Assembly: GCA_027459745.1 (NCBI GenBank)
Contig: DAIDHL010000003.1
Coordinates: 65,125-129,124, forward strand
Direction: 5' to 3'
Origin: Candidatus Levyibacteriota bacterium
Lineage (GTDB): Bacteria > Patescibacteriota > Microgenomatia > Levybacterales > UBA12049
DNA: 64,000 nt
A program made the position numbers and the translations under genes. Shown here piece by piece: positions 1 through 10,634 of the stretch (position 1 is the first letter of the stretch; every line of letters begins with the position of its first letter). The notes below the pieces were generated by a model that was not told the origin of the DNA, searched no databases, and was given only the letters and a program-made list of their open reading frames with translations.

Positions 1-455
1 TAATTTAAAAACAATACTGGTGTGAACCAAAAATTATAAATCACTACTATTACTGTAACGGGTAATAGAATGACAAAAGGAATTATCTCATGAAATAAAT
101 CAATAAAAAATATTACCAATAAAGCGCTAACTATAATAAGGTAAAATGTTAAACTAACTATAGAAGTGGCTGGGAACAAATAATAAGTTAAAGCAAAAAC
201 TGCTGCTGTAAATAATTCAAAGGCCGGATATAAAAATGATAGTCTATTATGACAGTATCTGCACTTACCTTTTGTTAAAATGTAAGATAAAACAGGGAAC
301 AAATCAAACCAATCTAAATTGTGATTACAAAAATCACACTTTGATCTTCCAACTAAAAATTGCTCATTCTTAGGAAGACGCTGTATAACAAGAAACAAAA
401 AACTACCAACAAAAATTCCTAAAAAAGAGAAGAAAAACAATTCTAAGGGGTTCAA
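1..455 (-). CDS. pilD: Prepilin peptidase (A24 family), partial; the C-terminus runs off the left window edge. Likely TTG start 2 nt after the pilin stop.
   Basis: My own minus-strand translation gives ELFFFSFLGIFVGSFLFLVIQRLP (TM1), then CDFCNHNL...GKCRYCHNRLS (two CxxC pairs), then IDLFHEIIP (catalytic Asp region). This is the canonical PilD/GspO layout. It is absent from the ORF track because it has no ATG and touches the edge. Confidence 0.72.
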   Translation of the reverse strand, partial: MNPLELFFFSFLGIFVGSFLFLVIQRLPKNEQFLVGRSKCDFCNHNLDWFDLFPVLSYILTKGKCRYCHNRLSFLYPAFELFTAAVFALTYYLFPATSIVSLTFYLIIVSALLVIFFIDLFHEIIPFVILLPVTVIVVIYNFWFTPVLFLN

Positions 456-457
456 TG

Positions 458-1060
458 TTATGGATTTACGCCACTAATAGTTTCATTCATAGGATCATCG
501 TCTACAGTAGTTAAGCAAGCAATTTGTGTCTGCTGAGAAGTAGAACTATAATATACTATTCCTTTACCAATCGCACAATTACTAATCTTTGATAACTCAT
601 TACTAGACTCTAAATTAGTCCAAATATAAAATTTAGTTGGTGTAGTATTATTATCAATAGAATAACACAAACCATTTTGATAATCAGCAGTCTTACCATT
701 AACCCACACTGTACCATTCAAACACAATCCATTAGTTTGAGAAAGCGTCGGAACAGTAACGACATTATTAATATCTTGACTAGTCTTTAAAGAGGACTGC
801 CATGAACCACCAGAAGTAAGAACAGGGGGTTGATTACTGTGATTAGTCATATAACTTGTCATTGCACTACCTAACTGTTCAACAGATGATATTCTTCCTG
901 CATCTCTTGCGCGAGCCAATTGTTCTACCGGATTGATAGCTACTAATACAACAGCAGCCAATATTCCAAGTACTGCAATGACTATAAGCAGTTCAATTAG
1001 AGTAAAACCTGAAGACAAAGATTTTTTTATATTAGATGTTACTAAATGGGCAGATGTCAT
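458..1060 (-). CDS. Type IV pilin / pseudopilin with a class III signal peptide
   Basis: N-terminal ...SLSSG|FTLIELLIVIAVLGILAAV has the prepilin cleavage motif G/FTLIE with Glu at +5 and a hydrophobic alpha-helix. The leader is unusually long (17 aa) and the C-terminal globular part is Cys-containing. Confidence 0.85.
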   Translation of the reverse strand: MTSAHLVTSNIKKSLSSGFTLIELLIVIAVLGILAAVVLVAINPVEQLARARDAGRISSVEQLGSAMTSYMTNHSNQPPVLTSGGSWQSSLKTSQDINNVVTVPTLSQTNGLCLNGTVWVNGKTADYQNGLCYSIDNNTTPTKFYIWTNLESSNELSKISNCAIGKGIVYYSSTSQQTQIACLTTVDDDPMNETISGVNP

Positions 1061-1153
1061 ATGTATATATTTATTTATTGATCTGTATATATTTAGACAA
1101 ATTCTATTTATTCTGTCAATATATCATAGTATAGCAAAATTGCAGAGCCAAAA

Positions 1154-3376
1154 TCAGACTTGAGAATGTACCAAACCAACTGCTGAACCATTGCCGACTT
1201 TGCTATATTTCTCCACATCCGCTTGGTCAAATACTTTAAGAGTAAAAGTAAATGTTGCCCCCTTACCATGTCCTTCTGAAAACGCATTGATAGTACCCTG
1301 ATGTAGTTCAATCAAAGATTTACATATGTAAAGACCAAGGCCGGTACCCTGTATCGGCTGGTTTGCAGTATAAGATCCCTCCAACATAGCGAACTTTTGG
1401 AAAAGCTTCGGAATATCCGTTGGATCAATTCCATTTCCATTATCTATAACTCTTACTTCTACCATTTTATCTTTTTGGACTAATTCTACTTTCACAAATC
1501 CACCCTTCTGGGTAAACTTCATTGAATTACCAACTAGGTTAATTAGAACTTCTTTGATCTTATCTGAATCCGCCAAAACTTGCGGTAGAGGAACAGCAGG
1601 AGGTGTAACAGAAACACTCACTCCCAGCTCATCAGCTTTTGGCTTCACTTCATCCATCACTTCCTGACATAGCTTCAAGATATCTAGAGACTTCATGGTA
1701 ACAGTCAGACGTCCGGACTCAATTCGCGAGATATTCAACATATCATTGACCAGATTAATCAGACGGTTGGTTGACATATATGATCTGGTCAAATAATATT
1801 TTAATTTTTCGCTCAATTCTCCACCTCGACCGTCCAGCGCCATCCAGATGTAAGATTTAATGGCTGTCATAGGAGTACGTAACTCGTGAGAAGCAAGAGA
1901 TACAAACTCATCCTTCATCTTATCTACCTGCTTCAACCTTTCATTGGCATCTTGAAGTTCTTTGGTCGCTTTTGTAATTTCCTCACGCAATGTAATATTA
2001 AAACGCTTAATTTCTTCGTATTCTAAAGAGTTTTCTATAGCAACAGCCAAAGCTGGAGCCAAAATTTGCAGAACATTCAAATCTTTGGTCGTATATGTAG
2101 CACCAGAAGATTTGTTGGTAAAAACCATCACTCCAATTTTCTTTTGCTGAATCACTAAAGGAACTATCAACGAAATCTGTAAATCTCGCATTAAAATCTT
2201 GGTAGGTCCTTCAGCTTCTTCGTCAAAGTTAATCAAAGAGTCACGTGAGGCGAATACATCTAATACGTCGCGGGTAATTTTATTTGCATTTGTAAAACCA
2301 TCGGCTTCTATGTAAGCAATAGAACGAACATCGTCTTTCTTAAAAACCAATAAGGAACCTGAATCTATTTGCAAAGTACTAAGAATAATTGAAAAAGTCT
2401 TCTTGGTCAAAATGTTTAATTCGATAGTAGATCCCATAACTGAGGACAAAGACTCCAAAAATCTTTGGGGATCATAAAAACCTTTAAAAAACACTCTTAC
2501 AGTCAAGGATTCAAATACTCTACGTGCTGGATTAAAAATTAAAATGCTTAATAATACAATTATTTCATCAAATATTAACTCTTTAATTGTAAATTTAACA
2601 CCTAGCAACCTAGCACTAGAAATAAAGAATATAAACACGAATGCCAAGCTCATTAAAGCCAAAATAAGTGTGTACACTACACTTCTCGTAAGAATCATGC
2701 TTATATCTAAAAACTTATGACGGATAATAGCATAGAAAGTAAAAACAATAAAAATAAGCATATATAATGGGGCAAATTGTATAAAAGATACTTCTTGAAG
2801 AAAAATTACAAAAAAGAAATTTGTTAATAATGTAAGTAAGAACATCAAAACAGTGCCTGTAAGTATAAATATAAGTTGATTTTTTAATACTCCCGAGGCA
2901 GCCCTGTATTTTCTAACAAGTTGAAAAATACCTAAGCCGATCGATATTATAACCGTAAAAGCAAATACTGGCATTAAAAGTCCAGGGACCGGGATATAAG
3001 AAGATCCAGATTTTTGTATGCTTGTAAACAAGTAGGGAGATAAAGACGTAATTGCCGAAAACGCCACCAGCAATAGATACGGCCATAATAACGATTTACG
3101 AACAACAAATTTATCCTTTGGAAAAACCTGAATGAAAAGTAAGAAAAACGAACTTAAAAGTACTGCAAAAAACATAACTAATCTAATCCAAATTAATAGC
3201 GTGAGGGGTGAAGGATTATAAACAGAAAAAAAATTACAAAATGCCCAAAAGCTGATGGAAATATTTAGTAATAGAAATAGTATATTCGTTGCACTTTTAG
3301 TGTTTCTTAAGAAGACAAAAAGACCTAATATTACGTTACAAAAGATTGCAACTATTGTAATAGGCAGAATAAACAT
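1154..3376 (-). CDS. Membrane-bound sensor histidine kinase (multi-TM N-terminus, HisKA + HATPase_c)
   Basis: About 8 predicted TM helices at the N-terminus. H-box SLASHELRTPMTAIKSY. G-boxes IDNGNGI and GTGLGLYICKSLIELHQG. No response regulator gene is adjacent, so it is an orphan. Confidence 0.85.
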   Translation of the reverse strand: MFILPITIVAIFCNVILGLFVFLRNTKSATNILFLLLNISISFWAFCNFFSVYNPSPLTLLIWIRLVMFFAVLLSSFFLLFIQVFPKDKFVVRKSLLWPYLLLVAFSAITSLSPYLFTSIQKSGSSYIPVPGLLMPVFAFTVIISIGLGIFQLVRKYRAASGVLKNQLIFILTGTVLMFLLTLLTNFFFVIFLQEVSFIQFAPLYMLIFIVFTFYAIIRHKFLDISMILTRSVVYTLILALMSLAFVFIFFISSARLLGVKFTIKELIFDEIIVLLSILIFNPARRVFESLTVRVFFKGFYDPQRFLESLSSVMGSTIELNILTKKTFSIILSTLQIDSGSLLVFKKDDVRSIAYIEADGFTNANKITRDVLDVFASRDSLINFDEEAEGPTKILMRDLQISLIVPLVIQQKKIGVMVFTNKSSGATYTTKDLNVLQILAPALAVAIENSLEYEEIKRFNITLREEITKATKELQDANERLKQVDKMKDEFVSLASHELRTPMTAIKSYIWMALDGRGGELSEKLKYYLTRSYMSTNRLINLVNDMLNISRIESGRLTVTMKSLDILKLCQEVMDEVKPKADELGVSVSVTPPAVPLPQVLADSDKIKEVLINLVGNSMKFTQKGGFVKVELVQKDKMVEVRVIDNGNGIDPTDIPKLFQKFAMLEGSYTANQPIQGTGLGLYICKSLIELHQGTINAFSEGHGKGATFTFTLKVFDQADVEKYSKVGNGSAVGLVHSQV

Positions 3377-3398
3377 ATTTTAATTATAACTTAATTGC

Positions 3399-5696
3399 TT
3401 AATCAAGCAATAGCTCAAGAGGAATTCTTGGACTATGAGGAACCTTAGTTTGTTTACTGAATCCGATCCTAAAGAAGCAAACAGGAGTCTTCTCTGTGTG
3501 AAGAATCGTTTTCATTTTTTCTGTTAATGGAGGTAGTTCTACTGGGGCGGCTAATGTCCCACTTCTTAAATTATATTTAGTCGCCAATAATAGTATTTCT
3601 TCATATAATTTCCCTGCTTTAACCCAATATTCAGGCGTATCTTGGTCAACGCAAATTGTTACTCCTGCTGCTGAACTTTCAATTACTTCTTGATCATGTT
3701 TGGCGTGTCCTTTACCTAAATTGAAGTTAAACATTAAGAATGGTCCTAATACAGAAGACATATCATCCAAATTAAGAGTATTTCCAGGCATACCATCATA
3801 TAAATTTGTATAATTATGCCTAATCCAACCAGCTAACTCTTTTCTAAAACTTTCGTTCTCCAACGCCAACTCAGTCCCATTGGCAGCTAATTCTGCAACT
3901 TCAGATTTAGATTTCTTATCGTTGCTAAGATGAACTTCTAAACCTATATATTCAGTTTCTAATCTTTTAAGATCTTGCACAAAATTTTCTGGTAAAGGTT
4001 GCCCATTATAAAACCCTCGATCTGAACTACGGTTCGTAATTAAGTCAATTGATGAGTCAACCTCTTTTTGTGCTTTTCCTTCAAAAATAATTTTAGCTAC
4101 AGTCTTTTTATCTGAATTCGGGAAATATTCTAAATTACTTTTAAAACCGAATGCTTCAGCTGCAAATATTAAATTAGCTAAACAGGCGCCCAAACTCACA
4201 AAATATTCTCTGCCTGTTGGATCTGAAAATTCTAATTGTCGCTTTTCATCTCCCAAAAGATAGATATTATCGCCTTCGATATGAAATCTCCATGGTTGGG
4301 TATTGTGTGATGAAGGAGCCAAAATAGCATAATTTAATAAAAATCTAAGTTGTTCTTTGATTGATCCATGATAAGGAAAATCACTCGCTTTAACATTCCA
4401 CGAACGATAATTTTCTTTTTGTAGATAATGATCCTCAGTTATATAATTAGCAATTGCATCTTTCATTTTTTGACGATATGTCAATTTCTCATCTGACTGT
4501 TCACCTGCCAATAATAGTTGATCTAAAGAGATAAAAGATTTTCCATCTTTGACTTCTTCACCCAAAGCCAACCTTCTAGTCAAATAAGCTATTACTGCGC
4601 CTCCTAAAAATGCTGCTGTCCCTAATTGAGGCCAAGAAGCCAAGGTGCTACCAACTTCCATTAAAGATTCTTGCATGCGTGGAACGATAGCGTCGGGACC
4701 AACTAATTTAGTCGCAAATTTAGCTCTTTCACGGTCTGATAAACTGAATGGTTCACCAAACATCAATCCTTCAGTTACAGCTTTCAATTCCACAGGAGGA
4801 AGGGTCTTATATGGAGGCTTGTCTGGCATAACATCAAATCGATCTACATCTATGATTGCATCATCTCCATTGTCAGTAGTCATCAAAACAGGTATTCCTG
4901 CATTACGAGCGGCCAGGCGTATAAATAATTTCATTTTCAAACTATCCATTTCTTCAATGAGTACTTGCAGGGGATGTTCACCAAATAAAAAGTCATGTAA
5001 ATTTTCCGAAGTTATACCATTTTCATATAAAATCAATTTTGCAAAGGGATTTATTTCATAAATCTGCTGCGCTGCTACATACACTTTCTTTATACCAACA
5101 TAATATGCAGGAATACGAACACGATTTAAGTTAGACGCAGAAAATACATCCGGATCAGCTAACTTCATGATCTCACAACCAGAGCTGTAAGCAATACTAA
5201 GAGCCACACTATTACCAATACTTAATCCACAAACTCCTGCTACAAAATTTCTAAACTTTTTCTCTTCTTCGGAAGTGATTAGCAATTTATTACGTGCTGT
5301 GCGTATCTCTTGATACATCTCTTTCTCTAAAAAATGGACTAAATATTTAGTCCAAGGATAATAAACCCATACTCCACATTCTTCCAAAGATTTAGCCTTA
5401 TCTAGATGTTTTCGCTTAAACTCGACAAAATTAGATTCTGCTTCTCCAGACTCTTCTTTTATATGAGGGAAGCGTATATGAAACAATTCCAGAAGCTGAC
5501 TTTCATAAGTATCTATAACTTTAACTATTTGTGTATTTTGCAAAAATGACTCAAATTCCGCAGTAAAACCCTCGTCATGAGTATTAAAAAGACGGGGCGT
5601 AGGAGGTAAAGAAAAACGATCTTTTTCTCCGTGATTAACTTTTGTTCTAAGACTATTTATATGTTCCTTTATATTACTCATTATTTTTTTACCCAC
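3399..5696 (-). CDS. Fusion protein: unknown N-terminal region, then an E1-like (ThiF/MoeB) adenylyltransferase-fold domain, then a C-terminal nitroreductase-family (SagB/McbC-like) domain
   Basis: E1 signature FVAGVCGLSIGNSVA (Rossmann), DPDVFSASNLNR, and the E1 Arg-finger-like region. C-terminal LAPSSHNTQPWRF is a nitroreductase FMN-binding motif. No cysteine-rhodanese or YcaO part is present. Confidence 0.6.
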   Translation of the reverse strand: MGKKIMSNIKEHINSLRTKVNHGEKDRFSLPPTPRLFNTHDEGFTAEFESFLQNTQIVKVIDTYESQLLELFHIRFPHIKEESGEAESNFVEFKRKHLDKAKSLEECGVWVYYPWTKYLVHFLEKEMYQEIRTARNKLLITSEEEKKFRNFVAGVCGLSIGNSVALSIAYSSGCEIMKLADPDVFSASNLNRVRIPAYYVGIKKVYVAAQQIYEINPFAKLILYENGITSENLHDFLFGEHPLQVLIEEMDSLKMKLFIRLAARNAGIPVLMTTDNGDDAIIDVDRFDVMPDKPPYKTLPPVELKAVTEGLMFGEPFSLSDRERAKFATKLVGPDAIVPRMQESLMEVGSTLASWPQLGTAAFLGGAVIAYLTRRLALGEEVKDGKSFISLDQLLLAGEQSDEKLTYRQKMKDAIANYITEDHYLQKENYRSWNVKASDFPYHGSIKEQLRFLLNYAILAPSSHNTQPWRFHIEGDNIYLLGDEKRQLEFSDPTGREYFVSLGACLANLIFAAEAFGFKSNLEYFPNSDKKTVAKIIFEGKAQKEVDSSIDLITNRSSDRGFYNGQPLPENFVQDLKRLETEYIGLEVHLSNDKKSKSEVAELAANGTELALENESFRKELAGWIRHNYTNLYDGMPGNTLNLDDMSSVLGPFLMFNFNLGKGHAKHDQEVIESSAAGVTICVDQDTPEYWVKAGKLYEEILLLATKYNLRSGTLAAPVELPPLTEKMKTILHTEKTPVCFFRIGFSKQTKVPHSPRIPLELLLD

Positions 5697-7222
5697 CTTT
5701 GCTTTGCTCCTGGTCTAAAGTATTCCTCATGTCCTTGAGGCATAAAATGCAAAATTGGTATTGCTCTTTTTCGCAAAGCTTTATATAGAGCACCATACTC
5801 GCTATTTATATGAATTAGGCGTCTTAATATTATTTTTTCAATCCTCTGTTTAATCGTCGAGTTAACTTTTTTATCTTTGTGAAGTTCTATATAAACAACT
5901 AGATAAGGATCTTGTTTTTTATCATGTTGAATAGTCATTACAAACTTACCTGTTGTGTATTTCTGACAATAAGCATTCTCTAAACAGTATTTAAAATGTT
6001 CGGGATAAATAAGCAGGCCATAAAAACTTACAGTTAAGTTCTTTCTCCCAAAAACATATACATACGGAAGTCTCCATTGATATTTATCTAATTTATTTTT
6101 CTTAACCTCTTTATCTAAATTGACATTATTTTCTGCTAATTTGTCGTTCATCTCTTCGTAACTATATACTCCTCCAGAATCCCCAATGCTATATCTTATT
6201 AAAGGAATACCAGACAAAGTTGTAAAAATAAGATTCCCATCTACAGATTCAAAATACTTTAATCTCGGATCATATTGAGCTAGAGTAGGTAACCTACTAT
6301 CGTTGAATATTTTGTGCCCCAAACTCGGATCTTTTGTAACCATTTTACGAATAAGAGTAGTAATAGGAGTTTCATGAGCTAAAATTGCTGCATCTGCAGA
6401 ACCGAATAAATTGATTGATGTGGTAAAATGCTCTTTACTTCCTACTTCATTATGTAAATATTCTCTCCAATACTCACTAAAACCCTCAGCAGCAAATAAG
6501 AATCTAATTCTATACTTCTTCCAATCAATTCCTTCTTTTTTGCCCGAATCAATGACATCTTTAACCAGTGGGGGATAACCACTAAAAACAATCTGCTGAA
6601 AATAAGGTGCTAATTTCTTAAATAAAGTGAGAGTTATCTCTTTTTCAATACCAGGAGTTACAGTTAGGATTTTATATCCTTTCCGAGTTAAATTTTCAGC
6701 ACAAGATAGAACAAATGGTCCAGAAATCCAGGTTCCCATAGAAAAACAATTAATATACAAAGTAGAATATTTGTTTAACTCGAAAAATTGGGAGAAAATT
6801 AATTCAAAAGTTAATGTTCCTTCTCGTTCTTGCAATTCTCCACGAGGCCATAAAAAAGGCTCCCCTGTAGAGCCTGAACTTGAAGAGAGAATAAACATAT
6901 TTTCAAGTTTACCATCAATACATAACTCATTAAGTGAGTAAACTTTCAAGTAGTTTTCTTTATCTACAATGGGAACTCTTTTAAAATCATCTAGAGTTTG
7001 AATCTCTGATGCTTTAACATTACGTTTTTTGAGAAAATCAGCATATGCAGGCACATGTTTGGCTGCAAAATGAAAAATTTCTAGAGCATCTTTAAACCCT
7101 AGTGCTTCTAAACGTGCAGGACTGGCAGATTTATAATCATTGTCATTTTTTTCGGCATTAAAAGAAGGCAGGTTGTCCCCGGCTGCAGGTGAAGATACTT
7201 GATTGAACGTATCAATTGTCAT
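5681..7222 (-). CDS. Adenylate-forming enzyme of the PaaK / coenzyme F390 synthetase / LuxE-like family
   Basis: AMP-binding P-loop-like motif SSSSGSTGEPF. About 510 aa, typical of phenylacetate-CoA-ligase-like enzymes. Overlaps the downstream gene by 16 nt, consistent with an operon. Confidence 0.6.
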   Translation of the reverse strand: MTIDTFNQVSSPAAGDNLPSFNAEKNDNDYKSASPARLEALGFKDALEIFHFAAKHVPAYADFLKKRNVKASEIQTLDDFKRVPIVDKENYLKVYSLNELCIDGKLENMFILSSSSGSTGEPFLWPRGELQEREGTLTFELIFSQFFELNKYSTLYINCFSMGTWISGPFVLSCAENLTRKGYKILTVTPGIEKEITLTLFKKLAPYFQQIVFSGYPPLVKDVIDSGKKEGIDWKKYRIRFLFAAEGFSEYWREYLHNEVGSKEHFTTSINLFGSADAAILAHETPITTLIRKMVTKDPSLGHKIFNDSRLPTLAQYDPRLKYFESVDGNLIFTTLSGIPLIRYSIGDSGGVYSYEEMNDKLAENNVNLDKEVKKNKLDKYQWRLPYVYVFGRKNLTVSFYGLLIYPEHFKYCLENAYCQKYTTGKFVMTIQHDKKQDPYLVVYIELHKDKKVNSTIKQRIEKIILRRLIHINSEYGALYKALRKRAIPILHFMPQGHEEYFRPGAKQRWVKK

Positions 7223-7330
7223 AATTTGTAAATGCCATCTTTACAAGAAAACAAATGTCAGTTATACTATCATTATTATATCCTATAACAATGTAACATT
7301 ATTATATACTAGTATTTTTTATTTGACAAT

Positions 7331-8851
7331 ATGCAAATTAAAACTGCTTTATTATTAGGGGGAGGGGGATTAGTAGGCAAAGCTGTCGCCAGGCAATTGT
7401 TAGATCGTGGAATATCAAAAATAATTATTAACTCTCTCCATATAAATCAAGAATTACATAAAGAACTTTCTCAAAAATATCCTCACGCAGAAATAATCTT
7501 TTCTACAGGAAATATAATTTTCCCCACAGCACTTAAAGATTTATCAATACCGCAATTAGAAAAAGATTTAGCAAATAAAGATCATCTTCAAAAATTTTTA
7601 TATTCTCCTCTTAATAAAGAATTAGTCCACCAATCATTTATTTACGAATTAATTAATACCTACAAACCAGATTTGATTGTAGACTCAATAAATATTGCCA
7701 GTCAACTCTCTTATGTTAACTTATTTAATAATAGTAATCCTTTACTTGCTTTAACGAAATATATGCAAATACTTTTCTTAACTCTACAAGAATATACTGA
7801 TACAGTAAAATTTTATGTAAAAGTTGGCACATCTGGTACTGGAGGGATGGGATTAAATATTCCATACACTCATGGTGAGGAACAACCATCCCAACAATTA
7901 CTAATGAAGTCTGCAATTGCTGGTGCTCAAACACAACTATTATATCTATTTTCTAGAACCCCCAATATGCCTAATATAATAGAGGTAAAACCAGCAGCGG
8001 CTATAGCGTGGGGAGACATTGCATACGGTCCGCTTAGAAAAGGCAGTAAAGCCCTAAAAAAAGATCAAACCTATATAACTATAAAACTTTCTGAAGATAA
8101 CAATGAACAATTGGACTTAAAACCAGAGCTTTCTTCAGATGAGATAATTTCCGCACCATATATTGATACAGGAGAGAATGGTATTTTTGGCTTGGAAGAA
8201 TTTAGAACTATTACACATTTAGGTCAGATGGAATTTGTTACTCCAAACGAGATAGCTACTATTATTACACAAGAGTTAGAGGGTAAAGCAACAGGCCACA
8301 ATATGATGAGCGGTTTCGCACAAAATGTGCTAGGACCAACATATGAAGCTGGTTATCTTCGTTCATCCACTATTCAAAAACTTGCAAAAATTGTGGAAGA
8401 AACAAAAACTGACAGTATAGCCTTCGAATTCTTAGGTCCACCACGTCTTACAAAATTACTTTTTGAAGCACATCTAATTTTAAAGGTATCGCATGAAAAA
8501 GAAGATATAAAAGATCCACATCAACTGCAAGTAGACTTGAGAGAGTATTTATTACAAAATAAAGACTTGCTTATGACACTTCTTTCTACTGGTATTCCGG
8601 TATTACTTGATGAGGATTTAAATTTACTCAGAGGGAGTAAAGTATTGGTTAAATCAAGTACTACTGAAAAATCTCAACTTGAAAATGTAGTTCAGAGTGG
8701 TTGGGTTGACTTAAGAAAGTCAAATATAGAGGTATGGTTGGAGAGATTAAAAGCATTTACCTCCAATAAACCAGAAGAAGAGCTATTACCTGGTAATCTA
8801 GCTGCTTATATTTTTGAAACTGAACAAAACGGAAACAGGATATTTAGATAA
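7331..8851 (+). CDS. NAD(P)-binding Rossmann-fold protein; family not assignable (saccharopine-dehydrogenase-like or epimerase-like)
   Basis: N-terminal LLLGGGGLVGKAVARQLLDRG is a GxGxxG dinucleotide-binding motif. 506 aa. Confidence 0.4.
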   Translation: MQIKTALLLGGGGLVGKAVARQLLDRGISKIIINSLHINQELHKELSQKYPHAEIIFSTGNIIFPTALKDLSIPQLEKDLANKDHLQKFLYSPLNKELVHQSFIYELINTYKPDLIVDSINIASQLSYVNLFNNSNPLLALTKYMQILFLTLQEYTDTVKFYVKVGTSGTGGMGLNIPYTHGEEQPSQQLLMKSAIAGAQTQLLYLFSRTPNMPNIIEVKPAAAIAWGDIAYGPLRKGSKALKKDQTYITIKLSEDNNEQLDLKPELSSDEIISAPYIDTGENGIFGLEEFRTITHLGQMEFVTPNEIATIITQELEGKATGHNMMSGFAQNVLGPTYEAGYLRSSTIQKLAKIVEETKTDSIAFEFLGPPRLTKLLFEAHLILKVSHEKEDIKDPHQLQVDLREYLLQNKDLLMTLLSTGIPVLLDEDLNLLRGSKVLVKSSTTEKSQLENVVQSGWVDLRKSNIEVWLERLKAFTSNKPEEELLPGNLAAYIFETEQNGNRIFR

Positions 8852-8858
8852 AACAAAT

Positions 8859-10253
8859 TTAACCTTCTGGAAATATTTTTCCTGGGTTTAATATCCACCT
8901 AGGATCTAGTAGATTTTTGATCGATTCCATTACCTTCATACTCGTAGGATGTTCTAGAGGTAGAAATTTACTTTTTTCAATACCTAATCCATGCTCACCA
9001 GTAGATGTCCCATGTAACATAAGTGCATATTTAGTTAATTCCTCGTTTAACTCAATTGCATTATTACGCGATTGATTATTGCCATATTCATATAATGCCC
9101 AACCATGAAAATTACCATCACCCATATGACCAAACATTATTGTTTTAACCTGATGTTTATGTGCAAGTAAGTTAACTTGATCTAAAAAATTTTTAATTTG
9201 AGATAAAGGGACCCCTACTTCAGCAGATAATACTGCCATATTTGGTAGTACAGATCGTAAGACATCCCGTGCTGCTCTGCGATAATCCCATACTGAGTTT
9301 AATTCTTTTTTTGAAGTGAATTCTTTATACTCTATTGTGCTATTACGCTTACAGATCTCATTTACTTTTTTTAGTCGTAATAAAATAATTTCTCTATCTC
9401 CTTGCAATTCAATAAGCATGGTAGGTTTTTCTTTTAAATGAAGTCCTTTAGACTTGTTAACTAACTCAATAAAAGCATCGTCCATAAATTCGATAGCCGC
9501 AGGGTCAATATTTGATTTCAATAATTCTATATTCACCTTTGCTACTTCATCATTATTCAAAAAGGAAGCTAGTACAGCAACTTTACATTTGGGTAGGGAA
9601 GCAAGTTTAAGAACAGCTTCTGTAATAACTCCCAGCGTCCCTTCTGAGCCAATAAATAATCTCTTAATATCATAACCAGCAACGGATTTAAAAGATCTAC
9701 TTCCCACCCTAATAATCTTCCCATCCGCCATCACAATCTCTAACTCTAATACCCAATCCCCAACTACCCCATACTTTACTGCATGCATACCTCCTGCGTT
9801 ATTCACAATCATGCCACCAATTGTTGCCACAAACTTACTACCCGGTGCCGAAGGAAACCACAGGCCATAAGATAAAAGATAATTATCCAACTCTTGTCCT
9901 ATAATTCCTGGTTGTACTTTTACTTGAAAATCATTAGGTATAACTTCAATAACTTTATTCATTTTAGACATGTCTAAAACTATCCCACCTTTAATTGGTA
10001 CAGGATTACCTTCCAAGCTGGAGCCAGCTCCCCAGACTGTGATTGGAATTAAATTCCGATTAGATATTGTTATAATTTTACTTATCTCTTGGGCTGTATA
10101 AGGCCAGATAATAACTTCTGGCAAAGAGATGAAATTATATGATCGATCTTTAGAGTGGTTTTGCAGATCTTCTTGTGCAAATGAAATTCTATCATGATCA
10201 ATAACTTTAGCTAATTCTTCAAAGATTAATTGTGATATCTTATTATAAATCAT
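8859..10253 (-). CDS. FAD-binding oxidoreductase (GlcD / D-lactate dehydrogenase-like FAD-linked oxidase)
   Basis: FAD_binding_4 motifs ITVWGAGSSLEGNPVP and NAGGMHAVKYGVVGDWVLELEIVMADGKI. The C-terminal FAD-oxidase_C-like region is also present. Confidence 0.75.
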   Translation of the reverse strand: MIYNKISQLIFEELAKVIDHDRISFAQEDLQNHSKDRSYNFISLPEVIIWPYTAQEISKIITISNRNLIPITVWGAGSSLEGNPVPIKGGIVLDMSKMNKVIEVIPNDFQVKVQPGIIGQELDNYLLSYGLWFPSAPGSKFVATIGGMIVNNAGGMHAVKYGVVGDWVLELEIVMADGKIIRVGSRSFKSVAGYDIKRLFIGSEGTLGVITEAVLKLASLPKCKVAVLASFLNNDEVAKVNIELLKSNIDPAAIEFMDDAFIELVNKSKGLHLKEKPTMLIELQGDREIILLRLKKVNEICKRNSTIEYKEFTSKKELNSVWDYRRAARDVLRSVLPNMAVLSAEVGVPLSQIKNFLDQVNLLAHKHQVKTIMFGHMGDGNFHGWALYEYGNNQSRNNAIELNEELTKYALMLHGTSTGEHGLGIEKSKFLPLEHPTSMKVMESIKNLLDPRWILNPGKIFPEG

Positions 10254-10310
10254 CAGTTATACTGACAAGATAGCAAAATACATTATTGCTGTCTGTGATT
10301 AATATCTCCA

Positions 10311-10634
10311 TTAATCTTTGACTTTTATTCTAATTGATTTGAGGTTAATTAGTGCGATTGTCATAGTAGCGTAAGATAATAAATATAACCAATCAATATA
10401 ATTTCTAGGGTAATACGTATTATAAGTATAAGCGAAAGAATAATCTGCAACAAATTCTAATATAAGAGCTAATAATATGAGCATAACCTTGCTATGTAAT
10501 ATTCCATCAAGAATCTTTCGAGAAAATATAAACGTTATACTAGCTAATGACATACAAAGAGCATCTCCCAAAGGATAACCAAAATCTAAAAAAACCTTAA
10601 TCGGATTAGACCAATCAAACACATGTCCCTTCAA
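10311..10634 (-). CDS. Small integral membrane protein (3 predicted TM helices), function unknown
   Basis: Hydrophobic 107-aa ORF. Start codon uncertain; the track uses TTG and an internal GTG is possible. Confidence 0.4.
   Translation of the reverse strand: MKGHVFDWSNPIKVFLDFGYPLGDALCMSLASITFIFSRKILDGILHSKVMLILLALILEFVADYSFAYTYNTYYPRNYIDWLYLLSYATMTIALINLKSIRIKVKD

Noticed and set aside
933-1163. Short plus-strand ORFs antisense to or overlapping larger genes (933-1163, 1962-2150, 4645-5061, 6627-6941, 9454-9675 and similar) throughout the ORF track
   Set aside because: They lie wholly inside longer ORFs that carry clear family motifs, on the opposite strand or in other frames. Their composition is low-complexity (S/I/L-rich), typical of antisense read-through of AT-rich coding DNA.
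1108-1311. 67-aa minus-strand ORF overlapping the 3' end of the histidine kinase gene
   Set aside because: It overlaps the HATPase domain coding region in another frame; spurious.
7232-7285. A 17-codon mini-ORF (MPSLQENKCQLYYHYYIL) as a RiPP precursor for the E1/nitroreductase cassette
   Set aside because: It is too short, has no leader/core organisation and no Cys/Ser/Thr-rich core, and sits in a promoter-like AT-rich gap. I mention it only as something to check.
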